Positions 36,656-50,591 are shown, counted from the first letter of the whole stretch. The stretch: 63,310 nucleotides of DNA, filler included, from Folioceros fuciformis (GCA_049999805.1; 22 parts of 22 records of this genome joined end to end with filler, not necessarily neighbours in it), one strand, 5' to 3'. Notes: generated by a model not told the origin, from the letters alone. Translations and numbers: made by a program.

Positions 36656-37070
36656 TATGGAGGCAAAACCCCGGCACTGATTGCCGACGGGTTCCACCTT
36701 TAGTGGCCACACTTATCCCACTGTCGTTGAGACATTGGGTTTCGTTCCCACAAAGGAGCGATGGGGTTCCTTGCTGCTGTGGATGGAGGGTCGGACTTGA
36801 TCAACTCAGTGATGGATTCGAGGGCTCCCCTCCAGCTCCGATCAGGCGTAGGACAGGCCTCGCTGTCCGGCGGTCAGCTGCACCTGTCTCGGTGCCCACA
36901 AACTCACTCCAGTCACTACAACGACTCTAACCTCTTAGATCTGTGACTTCCCTCACACACTTCACTCACTCTCTCACTCTAGCACCGACACCAGCAACTA
37001 CCAGCAACCAGCAACGACACCACTACCTTCTACACTTCCCTACGGACTCCTCCTACCCGGCAAGAGTCAC
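36656..37070 (-). mobile_element. LTR family B terminus inserted just upstream of a Copia protease
   Basis: Matches 2790-3249 and 40582 onward. Confidence 0.85.
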
Positions 37071-37699
37071 NNNNNNNNNNNNNNNNNNNNNNNNNNNNNN
37101 NNNNNNNNNNNNNNTTAATTAATTAANNNNNNNNNNNNNNNNNNNNNNNNNNNNNNNNNNNNNNNNNNNNGGCATCGAAGTCACAGGTCAGGGCCATCGC
37201 CGGCAGTGGGAGCTCAGTGCGCGAAAGAAAATTGCGCAAGTGCAAATGAATCTCACAGCTGCCGAATCAGCCGCCTAAGGCAAGCCCTAATCCAAGTTTC
37301 TTTCTGTGCCCTAACTTGGCTGGATAATGCACGAAAAGTCGTTACTTCAGCATATTAGATAAAATGCAGCAGGAAATAATCTAGCTAAGTGGGAGTAAAA
37401 GGGATAGGAGGTAGGATAAGTATTAATTAAATAGCCAGCATTATTTCCATAATTAAATAGGCTAAAATATAAACGAACCGACAGATATGAATCGCTGAGA
37501 TTCATATCGTCACAACGAAACGGCAACTGCCACAAGTCATGGGACACTCCCAACGGTCGTGTCCACCCGCACATCTTTTAAGCAGCCACATGGGCACGCC
37601 AATCTATGAATCCTTTATGCAATCTATCTGCCATCGATCCTAGTTCTAGACTCAGACTATTTGTAACACTCAAAGTAGTTCACGAAAGTGTCAAAACTT

Positions 37700-37900
37700 A
37701 TCTCTACCAAGCGACTTAGTAAAGATATATGTTACCTGGTCTTTGGTCTTCACGTGCCAAAGATCCATCTTCTCAGATAATACCACTTCCTTGATGAAAT
37801 GATAATTACTTCTATGTGCTTCGAACGAGCATGAAACACAGGATTAGTAGCCAAACTCATGCTATTCATGTTGTCACAGTAGATTGTAACCTTGCTGTTC
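37700..37900 (-). pseudogene. Old Copia RNase H remnant
   Basis: IYCDNMNSMSLATNPVFHARSKHIEV. Confidence 0.75.
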
Positions 37901-38394
37901 ACTATATTTCCAAGATCTCATTGAAGGTAGACTGTCAAGGCTGGAATACTAGAGAACTATGCAGATGGCAATGCCAGAGGAAAAAGGGGAGCTGGCTTAC
38001 TACTACGCATATCGGGTTACCTCTGATGCACAAAAGGAGCTCAGATGATTCTGATGCAAGCAGCTAAAGCACCTGGTGAAAATGACAACACTCCCTTTGA
38101 AAGGAAACTTCAGAAGAAGAGAACATATGACAACTTTAATGGGGGAGACTAAGCGCTTACATTTATGTGGTGCTTCATCCACCTTGCCCTACCCCAGTAT
38201 GTACAGTCTCCATTGTCCAGACCTGCAAAGTGATTGACTTCCCTGCCCTTGCTAACTTGCAGCCCTGCTAGATGAGTTGAAGAAAACAAAGGGACTGCTG
38301 CAAGCCTTGAAAAAAGGATAAAAGACCAGGGATATCATGTGCATGTCTAGGCTTGGGGACTGCATCTCACCTTAGTGTGCTGTACCAGTCTTCC

Positions 38395-40581
38395 TTGCAG
38401 CTATGATAAGTCTCAGTCCATTGCATTAAGTTTATGTTTGAAAACCCATTTGCAGCTCACAGCTTTATGGCCAGTAGGTACCGGGCATAACTCCCAAGTC
38501 TCATTCTTCATGAGTGATTTATACTCATCTTGGATAGATGGAATCCAGTGTTGTTTGTTTTTACCATTTATGGCCTCTTGATAAGTTCTGGGCTCTACAG
38601 GATGTTCAACAGCAAAGGACAGGATTACATATGAGAAGGCTGACATTCTAGCTGACTTAGAAAGCCTAAAGTCTATGGATTCATATGGCTTCTCATGCCA
38701 CTAGTCTCTAGGGTTGCGAGTCCTGTTGGGGTATCTTCTCTCCTCAAGGGCAGGAGCTGAGATCTTAGGAAGATCTTCAATAATAGAGACATCCTTATCA
38801 ACATCAGAAAATTCAGACTCAGCAAGTTGGTTTTCAAGAACAGGAGCGGGATCCTCTGGACCTATGCCCTCGACATGTATGAGTTCCTCAATGTCTTAAG
38901 TAGCAGCAAGGGGTTATGTATCATCATCCAACGGTTGAGCAGGTTGTACAAGGGCCTGAAACTGAAACGTGTACAGGATGTACAGGCTGTCCAGCCTGTG
39001 TGGATGACGAAGTGCCACCCCCTGAACCACGAGCTGCAAAAAGAGGAGCACCCCATGAAGACGGAACGACATAGATATCTTGAGGATACTCAGAGGCTGC
39101 AGTGTCAAAGTCATCAACAAGTGAATCATCAAGGACTGTAGAACTGTCTGCAAAGTGAGATTGAGCTGGCTTGACAAGCTCCTTGAAGGTAACACTATGG
39201 GCAAAAATAGAGGATCTCGAAAAAGGATCATATAATTTGTAAGCCTTCGTTTCTTCTCCATAACCAACAAAAATAAAAGGCTTAGCTCTGTCCTGAAGCT
39301 TCTTTTGCAATTTTGCAAGTACATGTGCGTAGGCTGGAGAGCCAAATAGACGCAAGTTGAGAAGGCTAGGACGACGTTGCCATATCACTTCGAAAGGAGT
39401 TCGGCCTTCAACTGCACTTGTAAGAAGACGTTGAGTATGTATGTAGCAGTCACGACGGCCTCAACCCAGTAAGCCTTATCCAATCCTGACCATTGAAGCA
39501 TACTGCTGGTCATGCCATTCCATTAAAGTCTGATTCCGTCTCTCAGCAATACCGTTCTGTTGCTGAGTGTAGGGAATGATAAGTTGCTGAGTGATGCCTT
39601 GGTCAGACAAATACTGGTCAAAGAGGTTATTGACAAACTCAATGCCGTTATCGCACCTCAAGCAACAAAGGAGTCGACTTGTCTGTTGTTGTACTATGGT
39701 GAGCCACTCTTGAAATACAGGAAAAGTATTTGATTTCCGCTTTAGGGGAAGTCCAAGAGTGCCTACTATAATCGTCCATAAGTGTGAGGTAATATTGGGA
39801 GCCTCCCAAAGAAGGAACATGAATTTTTCCTGATATGTTTGTGTGTACAAGGTCTAGAACATGAGAGGTACAATGCGCAACGGCAGACGGGAAGGGAATC
39901 TCTTTCTGCTTGGCGATGATACAAGAATCACATAAGGGAAGTTCCTTGAAACACTTAGGCAGTGGTTCTCTGTAACATTCCAAATTAGACATCTTTATAA
40001 GCTTATCTTTATTGGCATGTCCCAAACGGGCGTGCCACAATTGTGCTAAAGCCGATTGTGTCCTTGCAACCACAAAAGCACTCTTAGCGGGCTGACAACA
40101 TATGTTGAGCCTATACAGGTCATGCACCAAGAGACCTCGAGCGACGGAATCATGGGCACCTTTATGTGAAAGAAAACAACCAGCAGAGGTGAATGATAGA
40201 TCATACTATTGTAGCTTCATCAATTGACTGACAGAGAGAAGATGCTTGGCCATGCTAGGAACGTAGAGTACGTTATCCAGGCGAAGGGCAGAGCCATCTT
40301 CAAGTTGAAAAGTGCAAGATCCTGTGCCAAGGATCTTCAAACCCATTTGGGTAAGCTCATCTCCCAACAAGACCTTTTCATTAGCGTGTGTTGGAGTGAA
40401 ATCACTGAGCAAGTGTTGATTGTGGCATATATGGGATGTGGCACCTGAGTTTGGTTTAGGGTCTGGTTCACAGACTATGGTGGAATGGCAGACGGTCATT
40501 ACCACGGGCTGCTTGCTGGAAGATGAGGCTTGTGAAGACCTGTCCTTGGAAATTGAGTGTGCCTCAACCACTTTGTGGGTC
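38395..40581 (-). mobile_element. Decayed Ty1/Copia pol (protease, integrase, start of RT)
   Basis: SGATSHICH, LWHARLGH, QQNGIAERRN, LRLFGSPAY and EPRTYQEA..SCKWVFKHK motifs. Confidence 0.92.
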
Positions 40582-41753
40582 TGTGGAGGCAAAACCCCGG
40601 GCACTGATTGCCAACGGGTTCCACCTTTAGTGGCCACACTTATCCCACTGTCGTTGAGACATTGGGTTTCGTTCCCACGAAGGAGCGATGGGATTCCTTG
40701 CTGCTGTGGATGGAGGGTCGGACTTGATCGACTCGATGATGGATTCGAGGGCTCCCCTCCAGCTCCAATCAGGCGTAGGACAGGCCTCGCTGTCCGACGG
40801 TCAGCTGCACCTCTCTCGGTGCCCACAAACTCACTCCAGTCACTACAACGACCCTAACCTCTTAGATCTGCGACTTCCCTCACTCACTCTCTCACTCCAA
40901 CACCAACACTAGCAATTAACAATGACACCACTACCTTCTACACTTCCCTATTGACTCCTCCTATCCGGCAAGAGTCACTAGACTAACCCCAAAGAAAAGA
41001 AAGAAGGGAACACACTCCCCTCTTGGATATCTCCCCCCCTACAACCTTACCAGATGCCATGAAACATGGCCGGCCTACAGCACTTGTCCAAATAAGGAAC
41101 AAGAGTGGACCGGTCAAGAGAAAGACACGTCCTTTACAATCAAGAGCTAGGGGCAAGCCCCTACACCCTGGTCATTACACCTTGTGATCCTACCAGACAC
41201 TATACAACCGGCAACACGCTGCCCGCGATCCTGCCAGACACTATACAGCCGGCAACACACGGCTTGCGATCCTACCAGACGTTGCACAGCCGGCAACACA
41301 CTACAGGTCCTAAACCAAGCAGGGATAAACCACAAGAGCTCATGAAGAGAGGACCTCCAAGAGCTCATGAAGAGATAGACTGACTCCCAAAGTGAATGAC
41401 TCCCTCCTCCTACAGGCTCACTTGATCTTATAGGAGCCTCTCTCTCTCTCTGACTTTACCTCTCTCTAACTTGAGAAATATTATTTTAATAGGACCACTA
41501 GCCTAGCCAGCTATCACTAGCCACTTATTTAGACTTCTAGCACATCCTGCCACCAATGAGCTCCTGGCCCTACCACCACAAGGATCTACCACCTCTTAGA
41601 CTATCCTGAGACTTCGGAGGATGTCTGATCTTCAAAGATATGCGGACGCCGCCTCTTCCTTGCTGGATGGCCGCCCGCTAAGTCTTCCCCTGCAACTATT
41701 CACCCTTGGTGGCTGAGCCAGCCTCCAGGGGAGGAGTATGAGAAGTGGGAAAG
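40582..41753 (-). mobile_element. Long LTR family B with three 41-bp tandem repeats (41186-41302) and a TATA-like CCTATAAG (~41430, minus strand)
   Basis: Collinear with 47748-49000. Confidence 0.85.
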
Positions 41754-41853
41754 NNNNNNNNNNNNNNNNNNNNNNNNNNNNNNNNNNNNNNNNNNNNTTA
41801 ATTAATTAANNNNNNNNNNNNNNNNNNNNNNNNNNNNNNNNNNNNNNNNNNNN

Positions 41854-42849
41854 TGTCATCTACATAGATAGCCAGGGCCAAGAAATCCTTTCCTTTGCCT
41901 CTTGTGATGTACACAATAGTGTCAGCATGCAGTGGCATGTAGCCATGTGAGACCAGGAAATTATGAATGCGTGCAAACCATGCACGTGGACTCTGCTTGA
42001 GTCCATACAAGGTTTTCTTGAGTTTGCAGACATACTGATGTATGTCATCTTGTGCTACAAATCCAGCTGGAGGCTCCATGTATATTTCTTCATTCAGCTG
42101 ACCATACAACAAGGCCGTAGTCACATCCAGCTGTTCTAATTCATAGTCATGGACTATGGACAAGACCAAGAAAAGCCTGAGTGTACTCATCTTCACCACT
42201 GGACTAAATGTGTCCATGTACTCTACTCCAGCAACTTGTGAGTAGCCTTTAGCTACTACTCTTCCCTTGTACCTTTCTATACTTCCATCAGATTTGAGTT
42301 TAACCTTGAAAACCCATTTGCTGCCCACAGCTTTTCTGCCAGGTGGCAGCTGAGTAAGCTGCCATGTTTCATTCTCCTTAAGTGAATTCTACTCCGATGC
42401 TATGGCTTTCCTCCAATGATCTGCATCTGGACAGGAGAGAGCTTCCTCATATGTTTGAGGCTCAAAGTGCTCTACTGACGCTACCAAACAGTAAGTCAAG
42501 TTTGACTTTGAGTGATCTCCCTTTTTCAGATGCCTCCAATCGTGGACCTTGTAGAGGTCAATCTTCCCTGAAGTGGATCTTATAGGTTTGTCCCTTGGGG
42601 GAACAGGAAGACTCACGTTCTTTTTCTTCTTGCGCTGCAGAATTCAAGGGTTGGACATATTTTGATAGCTTGGGCGTGTAGCAAACATGTCTCTTGGTGA
42701 GACGACTCCTTCCATATCAAAGTCGCCAAAAATTATGGGCTCATCCTCACTCTCGGATGGCCTGACTGGTGTATGCATGCTCGGCATGGCAGGTACTTGC
42801 TGTGGAAGTGGCACTATGTCAATAGGATCGACTCCAGTCTACGTGCAAG
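41854..42849 (-). mobile_element. Ty1/Copia RT fragment
   Basis: EPQTYEEAL, SKWVFKVK, QLDVTTA and IYVDD motifs. Confidence 0.93.
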
Positions 42850-43206
42850 TGTAGGAGAGGAGAGGAGAGAAGAGAGGGTGGTATTGGTGATCACAACCAT
42901 GAAAACAATACACATCACCACTGTCTTACTATGGAGGTCCGAGGTCTCCATTTAAGTAGTACATTTAGGGCTACACAACTTCCAGGTTCAATATGGGATA
43001 ATCTACACTATCCTAAGTTCACTAATAACTAGAACTAGTCTAGTATGAACCCAACTGGGATAACTAACACCACATGAGTTTAGCTCATATAGAGCTCGAT
43101 AACTCAACACTCCCCCTCGAGCTCAACATAGCATCTGTACGCCTAACATAGCTCGGAATTTCTTCAGCTTCTCTGCTCCCATTGGCTTAGTAAATATATC
43201 GGCTAT
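42850..43206 (-). mobile_element. 3' end of a nested Copia: RNase H end, PPT and 260-bp 3' LTR (43109-42850)
   Basis: IADIFTKPM...KFRAMLGV; GAGGGGGAG|TGTTGAG...CTCCTACA. Confidence 0.85.
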
Positions 43207-43401
43207 NNNNNNNNNNNNNNNNNNNNNNNNNNNNNNNNNNNNNNNNNNNNTTAATTAATTAANNNNNNNNNNNNNNNNNNNNNNNNNNNNNNNNNNNNNN
43301 NNNNNNAACCTCGGCGTGCAGTCTGACCTTCACCTCCTCCACCCGAGTGTGTGAAGAGCTGTCAGTATGTCAATGGCGGGCTTCTCCAGGAATTTGAAAC
43401 G

Positions 43402-46400
43402 TGTTGGAGAAAACTAGGTTTAAGCACAGCCTGATACCCGTTACCGAATCAGGACAGTTTCATAAACTCACTAGTTAAACACAGCTTAGTGGTTCGAACA
43501 GTTAAGTAGGTTACTCAAGTTACTAATTGATCAGTCGTCGTTATAACTAAATACACTTTGTATTTAAATCGTATCATTAATGCTCGAATCATCAATTCCA
43601 AGGGATTCTTGTCCTGCTACATGGTATCAGAGCCCCAGGCTCGTCCCCTCATGGCTTCGCCGCTGCTTCCCGTCATTGGCGCTGCACACTTCACAAGGAT
43701 GGGTCAGCAACAATTGAAGAATCCAGCGGACCAGAGATCCTAATAAGGAAAACATAGCAAGGCGATGCACCTCCGTGACTTTCACTTCAATACACCGTGC
43801 TCCCACTCCTGAAGAGAGATCTTTCATCAACATAGCAGAGAAGCAAATCCACGACGAGCGACTCCGCCGCCGGTGGACAACGCCAACTACCAGCACACCT
43901 ATCAGCATTCCAGCCACGGCCGCCCCGATCAAGCCCATCTCTCACTCACACGGATGCACGTACACTGCTTCCTCCCAAGCCAGCGTACCTACCACACCTA
44001 AGTACTTGAGAATTCAATTGGACTACATAGAGTCACAACTCGGCCCTGCATATCGCAATCAATCAAATTCCCTTCTACATACAAATGTAGATCACGCACT
44101 CACTCCTCACCTTTTTTGCTAGTCCTAATTCGACGCCCCGCAGCCTTTTATGCCCAAATTTGATCCGCTCTCCCTTCATACCACAAAGCCCCCTACAAAG
44201 AAACTTGCAATTAAATCAGCCATGGCCTCTTATGTCCCTAATCCCACTTCTACGGTGATTAACACCACCAAAGTAGAATTTAGAGACTGTGATCGCTTCA
44301 ACGGAAGCGATTACGATATCTGGCAAATGAGAATCACAGCCCTGTTAGAAGAACATGATCTAATGTCAATCACATACGGCACTTTGCCACGGCCCTCGCT
44401 CACCTCTACCACACCAGCTACCCTTGACCAGATAGCTGCATGGGACAAGAAAGACAAGAGGGCTCGCAACATCTTGATATCTGCGATTGACAAAACAATG
44501 CTACAACACACCCAAGGTCAGACGACCTCACATGATGTATGGAAAGCTTTTAATGACATGTTCCAGGCACAGAGTTCAATGTCTCTAATCAATGCCACAA
44601 GACAATTCTATTCACTGAGGATGAAGGACAGTGAGAGCGTCGAGCAACACGTAAACATCTTGCAGTCCCTGCGAGTGAAGCTCTCTAGCAGCGGCACCGT
44701 CATCACCAAACTTCAAGCAGTAGGCGCAAACGCACCACCAGCCTACACCTTTTCAGACGTTATTTCAGCATTGCTCGAGAAAGAATCCAGCAGAATCGGC
44801 ACCTCATGCAATAATGTTGGGGTAAGCCACGCCCTCTTCACTTCCAGAGGTCGAGGAAATAGGCGTGGTGAAGGACGAGGAGGTTTCCCCAAGCGAAGAG
44901 GCCCACCTTCTCCAAGCTTCTCGGGCTTCCCAAGTCGACAATTTTCACAAAACAGATCATTTGACAGAAGATCAGCCAAACGAGCATGTAACTGGTGCAA
45001 AAATCTTGGTCACTACAAAAGTGAATGCCGAAAGAAGCAGGCAGGCAAGCCACGTAGAGAAGCTCCCAGAAACGAGTCTCACCTTACCACAACTACCAAG
45101 TCGTCGTCAGCCAGTTCCATCTTAGCAGTCTGCCTCACCCTTACCAGAACAGACACATGTCGTTGGTTCTTAGACTCCGGAGCCACCACACATATATGTA
45201 GCTGTCAAGACATGTTTACCTCCTACCACCCGGTCCTCTCCGACCAACGCGTCCTCTTAGGAGATGATAGTGCACTACCCATTCAAGGTTCAGGAGAAGT
45301 CCAACTGCGTCTTTCTACTGGAGAGCTCCTCACCATCAACAAAGTCCTCCACGTACTTGCAATGACCAAGAACTTGCTGGTAGTCCGTAAGTTAGCCACA
45401 AAACATGACCTCACCATCACGTTCCAAGGAAACCACTGCACCATCTGTCACAGCAAAGACCCTGAGAAAATAGCCCTGGCTCACGGACTTCCCTTCAATG
45501 ATCTTTACCTCTTGAACATCCAATCTACATCACTCTTGGTAGATAGCAGTCCACCAACATCCTCAAACAAGTCCTTGTTACTGCACTGCCGTGCAAGCCA
45601 TATGAACTCTAGATACCTCAACATGCTTGCAGACCCCACCATGTATAAGGATCTTGTCAAGCTCAAAGTTCACAAGGACTTCTTCTGCAAGATATGTCAG
45701 TATACCAAGTTAAACCAATCACCTTTCAAAGATCCTTCTCCTACCCGTGCCAGACTAGTGCTTAAGACAATCCACTCCGATATATGTGGACCCATGAGCA
45801 CCGACTCCTTTGGAGGCCACAGCTATTTCATTACGTTCCTGGATGAATGGAGCAGATATTGCCATGTCTACTTCTTGAAGCGAAAGGACGAGGCCCTTTC
45901 ATGTTTCCAAGACTTTCTTCTCACTGCTGAGTGGCAAACAGGATTTCAAGTAACCACCCTGCGAACAGACAACAGGGGTGAGTACATCAGCAATGCCTTC
46001 CAAAGATTCTGCCGCTCTAAGGGCATTCAACAAAAGAACACGGTACCTTATACTCCCTCATAGAACCCTTTCGCTGAACGACTGAATCGTTCCTTGTTGG
46101 AAATCTTGAGGTCCCTCCTCAAACTCGCAGGCTTAACAAAAGCATACTAGGCAGAAGCTGTGTTCACTTCCACTTACCAGAAAAACAGGCTTCCAACTAA
46201 GGAACTCCCCTGCACTACTCCATTCGAGAGGTGGAGTGGCCACAAACCTAGGGTATCCCACCTCCATATTTTCGGTAGTCCTACCTTTGCCCATATTGCT
46301 GCAAAAACCCGAAGGAAGTGGGATGATACAGGTCGAAAGATGTTGTTCATAGGATACTTGGACCAAGTCAAAGACTACCGGCTCTTTGATCCCCACTCTT

Positions 46401-47271
46401 GAGAGGTAATCCATTCCCGCAATGTTCATTTCCACAAAACCCATCTCCTCAACACACTCCTCCAGTCCTTCCTCACTTCCACTCCCTTGCCTGCACCTAG
46501 CATTTTTGGCCATTCTACCACTGAATCCCCCCTTGAGTTTGAAGGGGCCACAGACTACGATAACATCACCTCATTGCAAACTCAAAAGGTGATCCAACAA
46601 GAAGTACTTCAGCAACCTGCACCACCAACCTAACAACCACTAGCCCAATAGCCTATAGAGCAGCAACCAGACCTCTCTCACTCCACATCATCTCCAGACT
46701 CCCAAATCCCAGAGGTTACTGTCCCGGAGATAATACCCCAAGTGTACCATCCCGAACCCACTTTACCTGCACCTCCAGAAGCAATCAAAAGATCCACCAG
46801 AAACAAACCTACACGAAGTGAATGGAAAGAGCCACCATACACTCCTGGTGATACCCTCACAGGTCCCATGGAGCGCCAGGCATCCTCCATGTCTCAACCT
46901 CACACTGACTAGTTGGAAGATGTTGCACACCAGGCACTATCGGCCATTGAAATGTAGGGAGTACCCCTATCCATAGACGAGGCACTTGCTTCACCAGAAT
47001 GGACAGTTGCAGTACAATCAGAGTACGACTCCCTAATGAGCAACAAAGCGTGGGAGTTGGTGGACTTACCGAAAGGAAGAAAACCTATCTCCTGCAAGTG
47101 GACATTCAGGCACAAACTCAATCCAGACGGAACAGTAGCAAGACATAAGGCCAGACTTGTTGTAAGAGGCTTCACTCAGATCCCTGGCTTCGACTACGAG
47201 GAAACCAGACTTTTTAGTCCAATAGTGAAGTCGACCTCCATTAGAATTCTTCTTGCCTTCGTAGCACACCA
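43402..47271 (+). mobile_element. Ty1/Copia: 5' LTR (~43402-43621), PBS 43622-43633, upstream ORF remnant and gag-pol to mid-RT
   Basis: TG..CA LTR, TGGTATCAGAGC, and DRFNGSDYDIW, CNWC..GH....C, WFLDSGAT, HSDICGP and SCKWTFRHK motifs. Confidence 0.93.
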
Positions 47272-47747
47272 TGTGGGGAAAAATATCACACCCGTGGGTG
47301 CTGCAAGGTCCACACAAACCCTCTTTGTCGTTACAATTTAGGGATTCGATCCCAAAGGAATGATCCCAAAGGAACTCTCACCGACAGCACTTCTAGTTAG
47401 AATTGCTAACTTGGAAGCAAATGCATTGAAAATGATCTATTAGCAAATTGATTAGGTGGATACAAAGGTCTTAAGTAGCAGTTTAGGAGGGGTGTGCCCT
47501 TTGACTAACTTGCCAGTTAACTAACTACACTCATAACTATGTCCAGTTAGGCTAACCAACGTAATACAGATTCACGTGGTCTGCCTAATATTCCAACTCT
47601 CCCTCTCAGACACGTGTTGGTTGCTATTAGAAGAGAGCTCCTAAGTACAAACGGAGATCACTACTGTTGATACCAAGCTTTAAACATTGTCAAAACGGCT
47701 ATCACCTAAAGTCAGTAGTCCTCACTCTTGTAGAGCCCATAGTCTAC
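47272..47747 (-). mobile_element. LTR terminus (family D) inserted in a Copia RT
   Basis: The RT frame breaks at TGTGGGG, and the shared terminal motif is present. Confidence 0.65.
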
Positions 47748-49080
47748 TATGGAGGCAAAACCCCGGGCACTGATTGCCGACGGGTTCCACCTTTAGTGCC
47801 CACACTTATCCCACTGTCGTTGAGACATTGGGTTTCGTTCCCATGAAGGAGCGATGGGGTTCCTTGCTGCTGTGGATGGAGGGTCGGACTTGATCAACTC
47901 GATGATGGATTCGAGGGTTCCCCTCCAGCTCCAATCACGCGTAGGACAGGCCTCGCTGTCCAGCAGTCAACTGCACCTCTCTCGCTGCCCACAAACTCAG
48001 TCCAGTCACTACAACGACTTTAACCTCTCAGATCTGCGTCTTCCCTCACACACTTCACTCACTCTCTTACTCCAGCACCAACACCAGCAACTACCAGCAA
48101 CCAGCAATAACACCACTACCTTCTACACTTCCCTACTGACTCCTCCTACCCGGCAAGAGTCACTAGACTAACCCCAAAGAAAAGAAAGAAGGGAACACAC
48201 TCCCCTCTTGGGTATCTCCTCCCCACAACCTTACCAGACGCCATGAAACATGGCCGGCCTACGGCACTTGTCCAAACAGGGAACAAGAGTGGACAGGTCG
48301 AGAGAAAGACACATCCTTTACAATCAAGAGCTAGGGGCAAGCCCCTTCACCCTGGTCATTACACCTTGTGATCCTACTAAACACTATACAACCGACAACA
48401 CGCTACCCGCGATCCTACCAGACACTGTACAGCCGGCAACACGCTGCCTGCGATCCTACCAGACACTGTACAGCTGGCAACACGCGGCTTGCGATCCTAC
48501 CAAACGTTGCATAGCCGGCAACACACTACAGGTCCTAAACCAAGCAGGGACAGACCACAAGAGCTCATGAAGAGAGGACCTCCAAGAGCTCACGAAGTGA
48601 TAGACTGACTCCCAAAGTGAATGACTCCTTCCTCCTACAAGCTCACCTGATCTTATAGGAGCCTTTCTCTCTCTCTGACTTCACCTCTCTCTAACTTGAG
48701 AAATATTATTTTAATAAGACTACTAGCCTAGCCGGCTGTCACCAGCCACTTATTTAGACTTCTAGCACATCCTGCCACCAATGAGCTGGCCCTACCACCA
48801 CAAGGATCTACCACCTCTCAGACTATCCTGAGACTTCGGAGGATGTCTGATCTTCAAAGATATGTGGACTTCGCCTTAGTCTTCCCTTGCAACTGTTCAC
48901 CCTGGTGGCTGAGCCAGCCTCGAGGGAAGGAGCATGAGCAATGGGAAAGATAGAGAAGAGGTGGGAAGGAGTGGGATCAGCAGCCGGAACTTGGCCTGAA
49001 ATCGGTAGCTTATTCAGCTGAATCAGCTTCCAGCCGAAATGGTTCCTCGGCCATGGAAGACTGACCCTGAGGTGCTGGGG
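47748..49080 (-). mobile_element. Long LTR family B with four 41-bp repeats (48370-48527), nested in LTR D
   Basis: Collinear with 40582-41753. Confidence 0.85.
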
Positions 49081-49180
49081 NNNNNNNNNNNNNNNNNNNN
49101 NNNNNNNNNNNNNNNNNNNNNNNNTTAATTAATTAANNNNNNNNNNNNNNNNNNNNNNNNNNNNNNNNNNNNNNNNNNNN

Positions 49181-50591
49181 CAACACCAATAAATCCAGCT
49201 TGATTAAATTCTAAATCAAATGGTTTTTCCCCCCACAAATGTCTTGGCTGTCTTAAACGTGAAGGATACCTCCGCTCTGGAGCACTACCCTCCCCTGTCC
49301 TGTCACCTGTCATAGGGACATCTGGTACAGGAGTTGAAGTAGGTGGATCTATGTCTGGATATGCAACGTCTTTGTCTTCATCATCGTCAGTTTCCCCCCC
49401 TCGAGCAGCATCCGGAGAATCCGGAGCTGCTTGAGATGAAGGTGCCTCTAGAACAGAAGCATCAGGAAAGGACGAAGAAGTAAAGTCAAAGGAAACGGAT
49501 AGATCGTCCAGGGGATGAGGACTAGAAGTGTGAGAACTATCATCCTTGTCGCCATCCAGAACAGGGCCACGAGACAGCACAGAGCCTTCATCAAAAGTTA
49601 CCGTACGAGCATAGACCGGTGCATGAGATTGAGTATCTACTAACTTATAAGCCTTGCGGTCCTCCCCATAGCCAACAAATACAAGTTTCCGTGCACGAGA
49701 AGAAAGCTTATCTCGTAAAGGGGAAGGGATATAGGCATAGGCGGGAGAGCCAAAAACCCGAAGGTGAGAGATAAGAGGCTTGTATCAAAACCAGCATTCA
49801 AAAGGTGTACGACCAGTAACAGCCTTCGTAAGCAGCCGGTTCTTAATATAAGAAGCTGTGGAGATAGCCTCAGCCCAAAAGGACTTCGGCAAACCAGACT
49901 GAGTGAGCATTGCTCTAGCCATGGCCATAAGATCACCGTTGGCCTTCTCGGCAACGCCATTCTGAGAAAAAGTGCAAGGGACAGTAAACTGGCGAGTAAT
50001 CCCTCTATCTTCACAGAAGGCTTGGAAGAGCCGGTTGTTGAGTTCCCCAGCATTGTCTGAATGAATGCACCGCAGCTTGCAGCCTGTGTGCAACTCGGCC
50101 ATCGAGACAAAAGGCTGGAACACAGCAAAGGAGTCACTCTTGAGACGGAGCGGATACACGAAAGTATAACGAGAGTAATCATCAACAATCATCATAAAAT
50201 GGCGAGCTCCGCCTAAAGAGGGTACAGGTAGAGGTCCACACAGATCCACATGTACAAGTTCCAAGGGCTGAGACGCCCTATGTGCAGGAAGACTAGAGTA
50301 TGGAGCACTATGCTGCTTGGCCAACATGCAGGCTTCACAAAATGGGGGAGTCTTGGCCAAGGCGGGAAGCTTGTCTCTGTAGAGATCCTGCATGGACATG
50401 GCAAGAAGCTTGGCAGGGTTAAGGTGCCCAAGTCTACAATGCCATAACAAGGCTTGCTTGGAGGGCGAGTGCCTTGCAGCCACTGCATCCTCAGTCGAAT
50501 CCACCACAGAAACATTGGAGGAAGACATAAGGGTGCTTGAAAAGATATAGAGATCGCTATGAAGACAACCTCTAGCAACCACCTTGTGTGG
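49181..50591 (-). mobile_element. Ty1/Copia GAG-pre-integrase and integrase fragment
   Basis: LWHCRLGH, CEAC, HVDLCGP, VDDYSR and QNGVAE motifs. Confidence 0.95.

Noticed and set aside
40206-40826. 206-aa ORF suggesting a novel protease fusion (similarly 36473-36712)
   Set aside because: Chance read-through from the inserted LTR-B into Copia protease across the insertion junction.
47664-47676. PBS-like TGGTATCAA on the minus strand
   Set aside because: Only 8-9 nt match, it is not preceded by an LTR CA end, and no gag follows.
48370-48527. Regular 41-bp repeats resembling a CRISPR array (also 61180-61975)
   Set aside because: Head-to-tail units without unique spacers, in a eukaryotic TE context with no cas genes.
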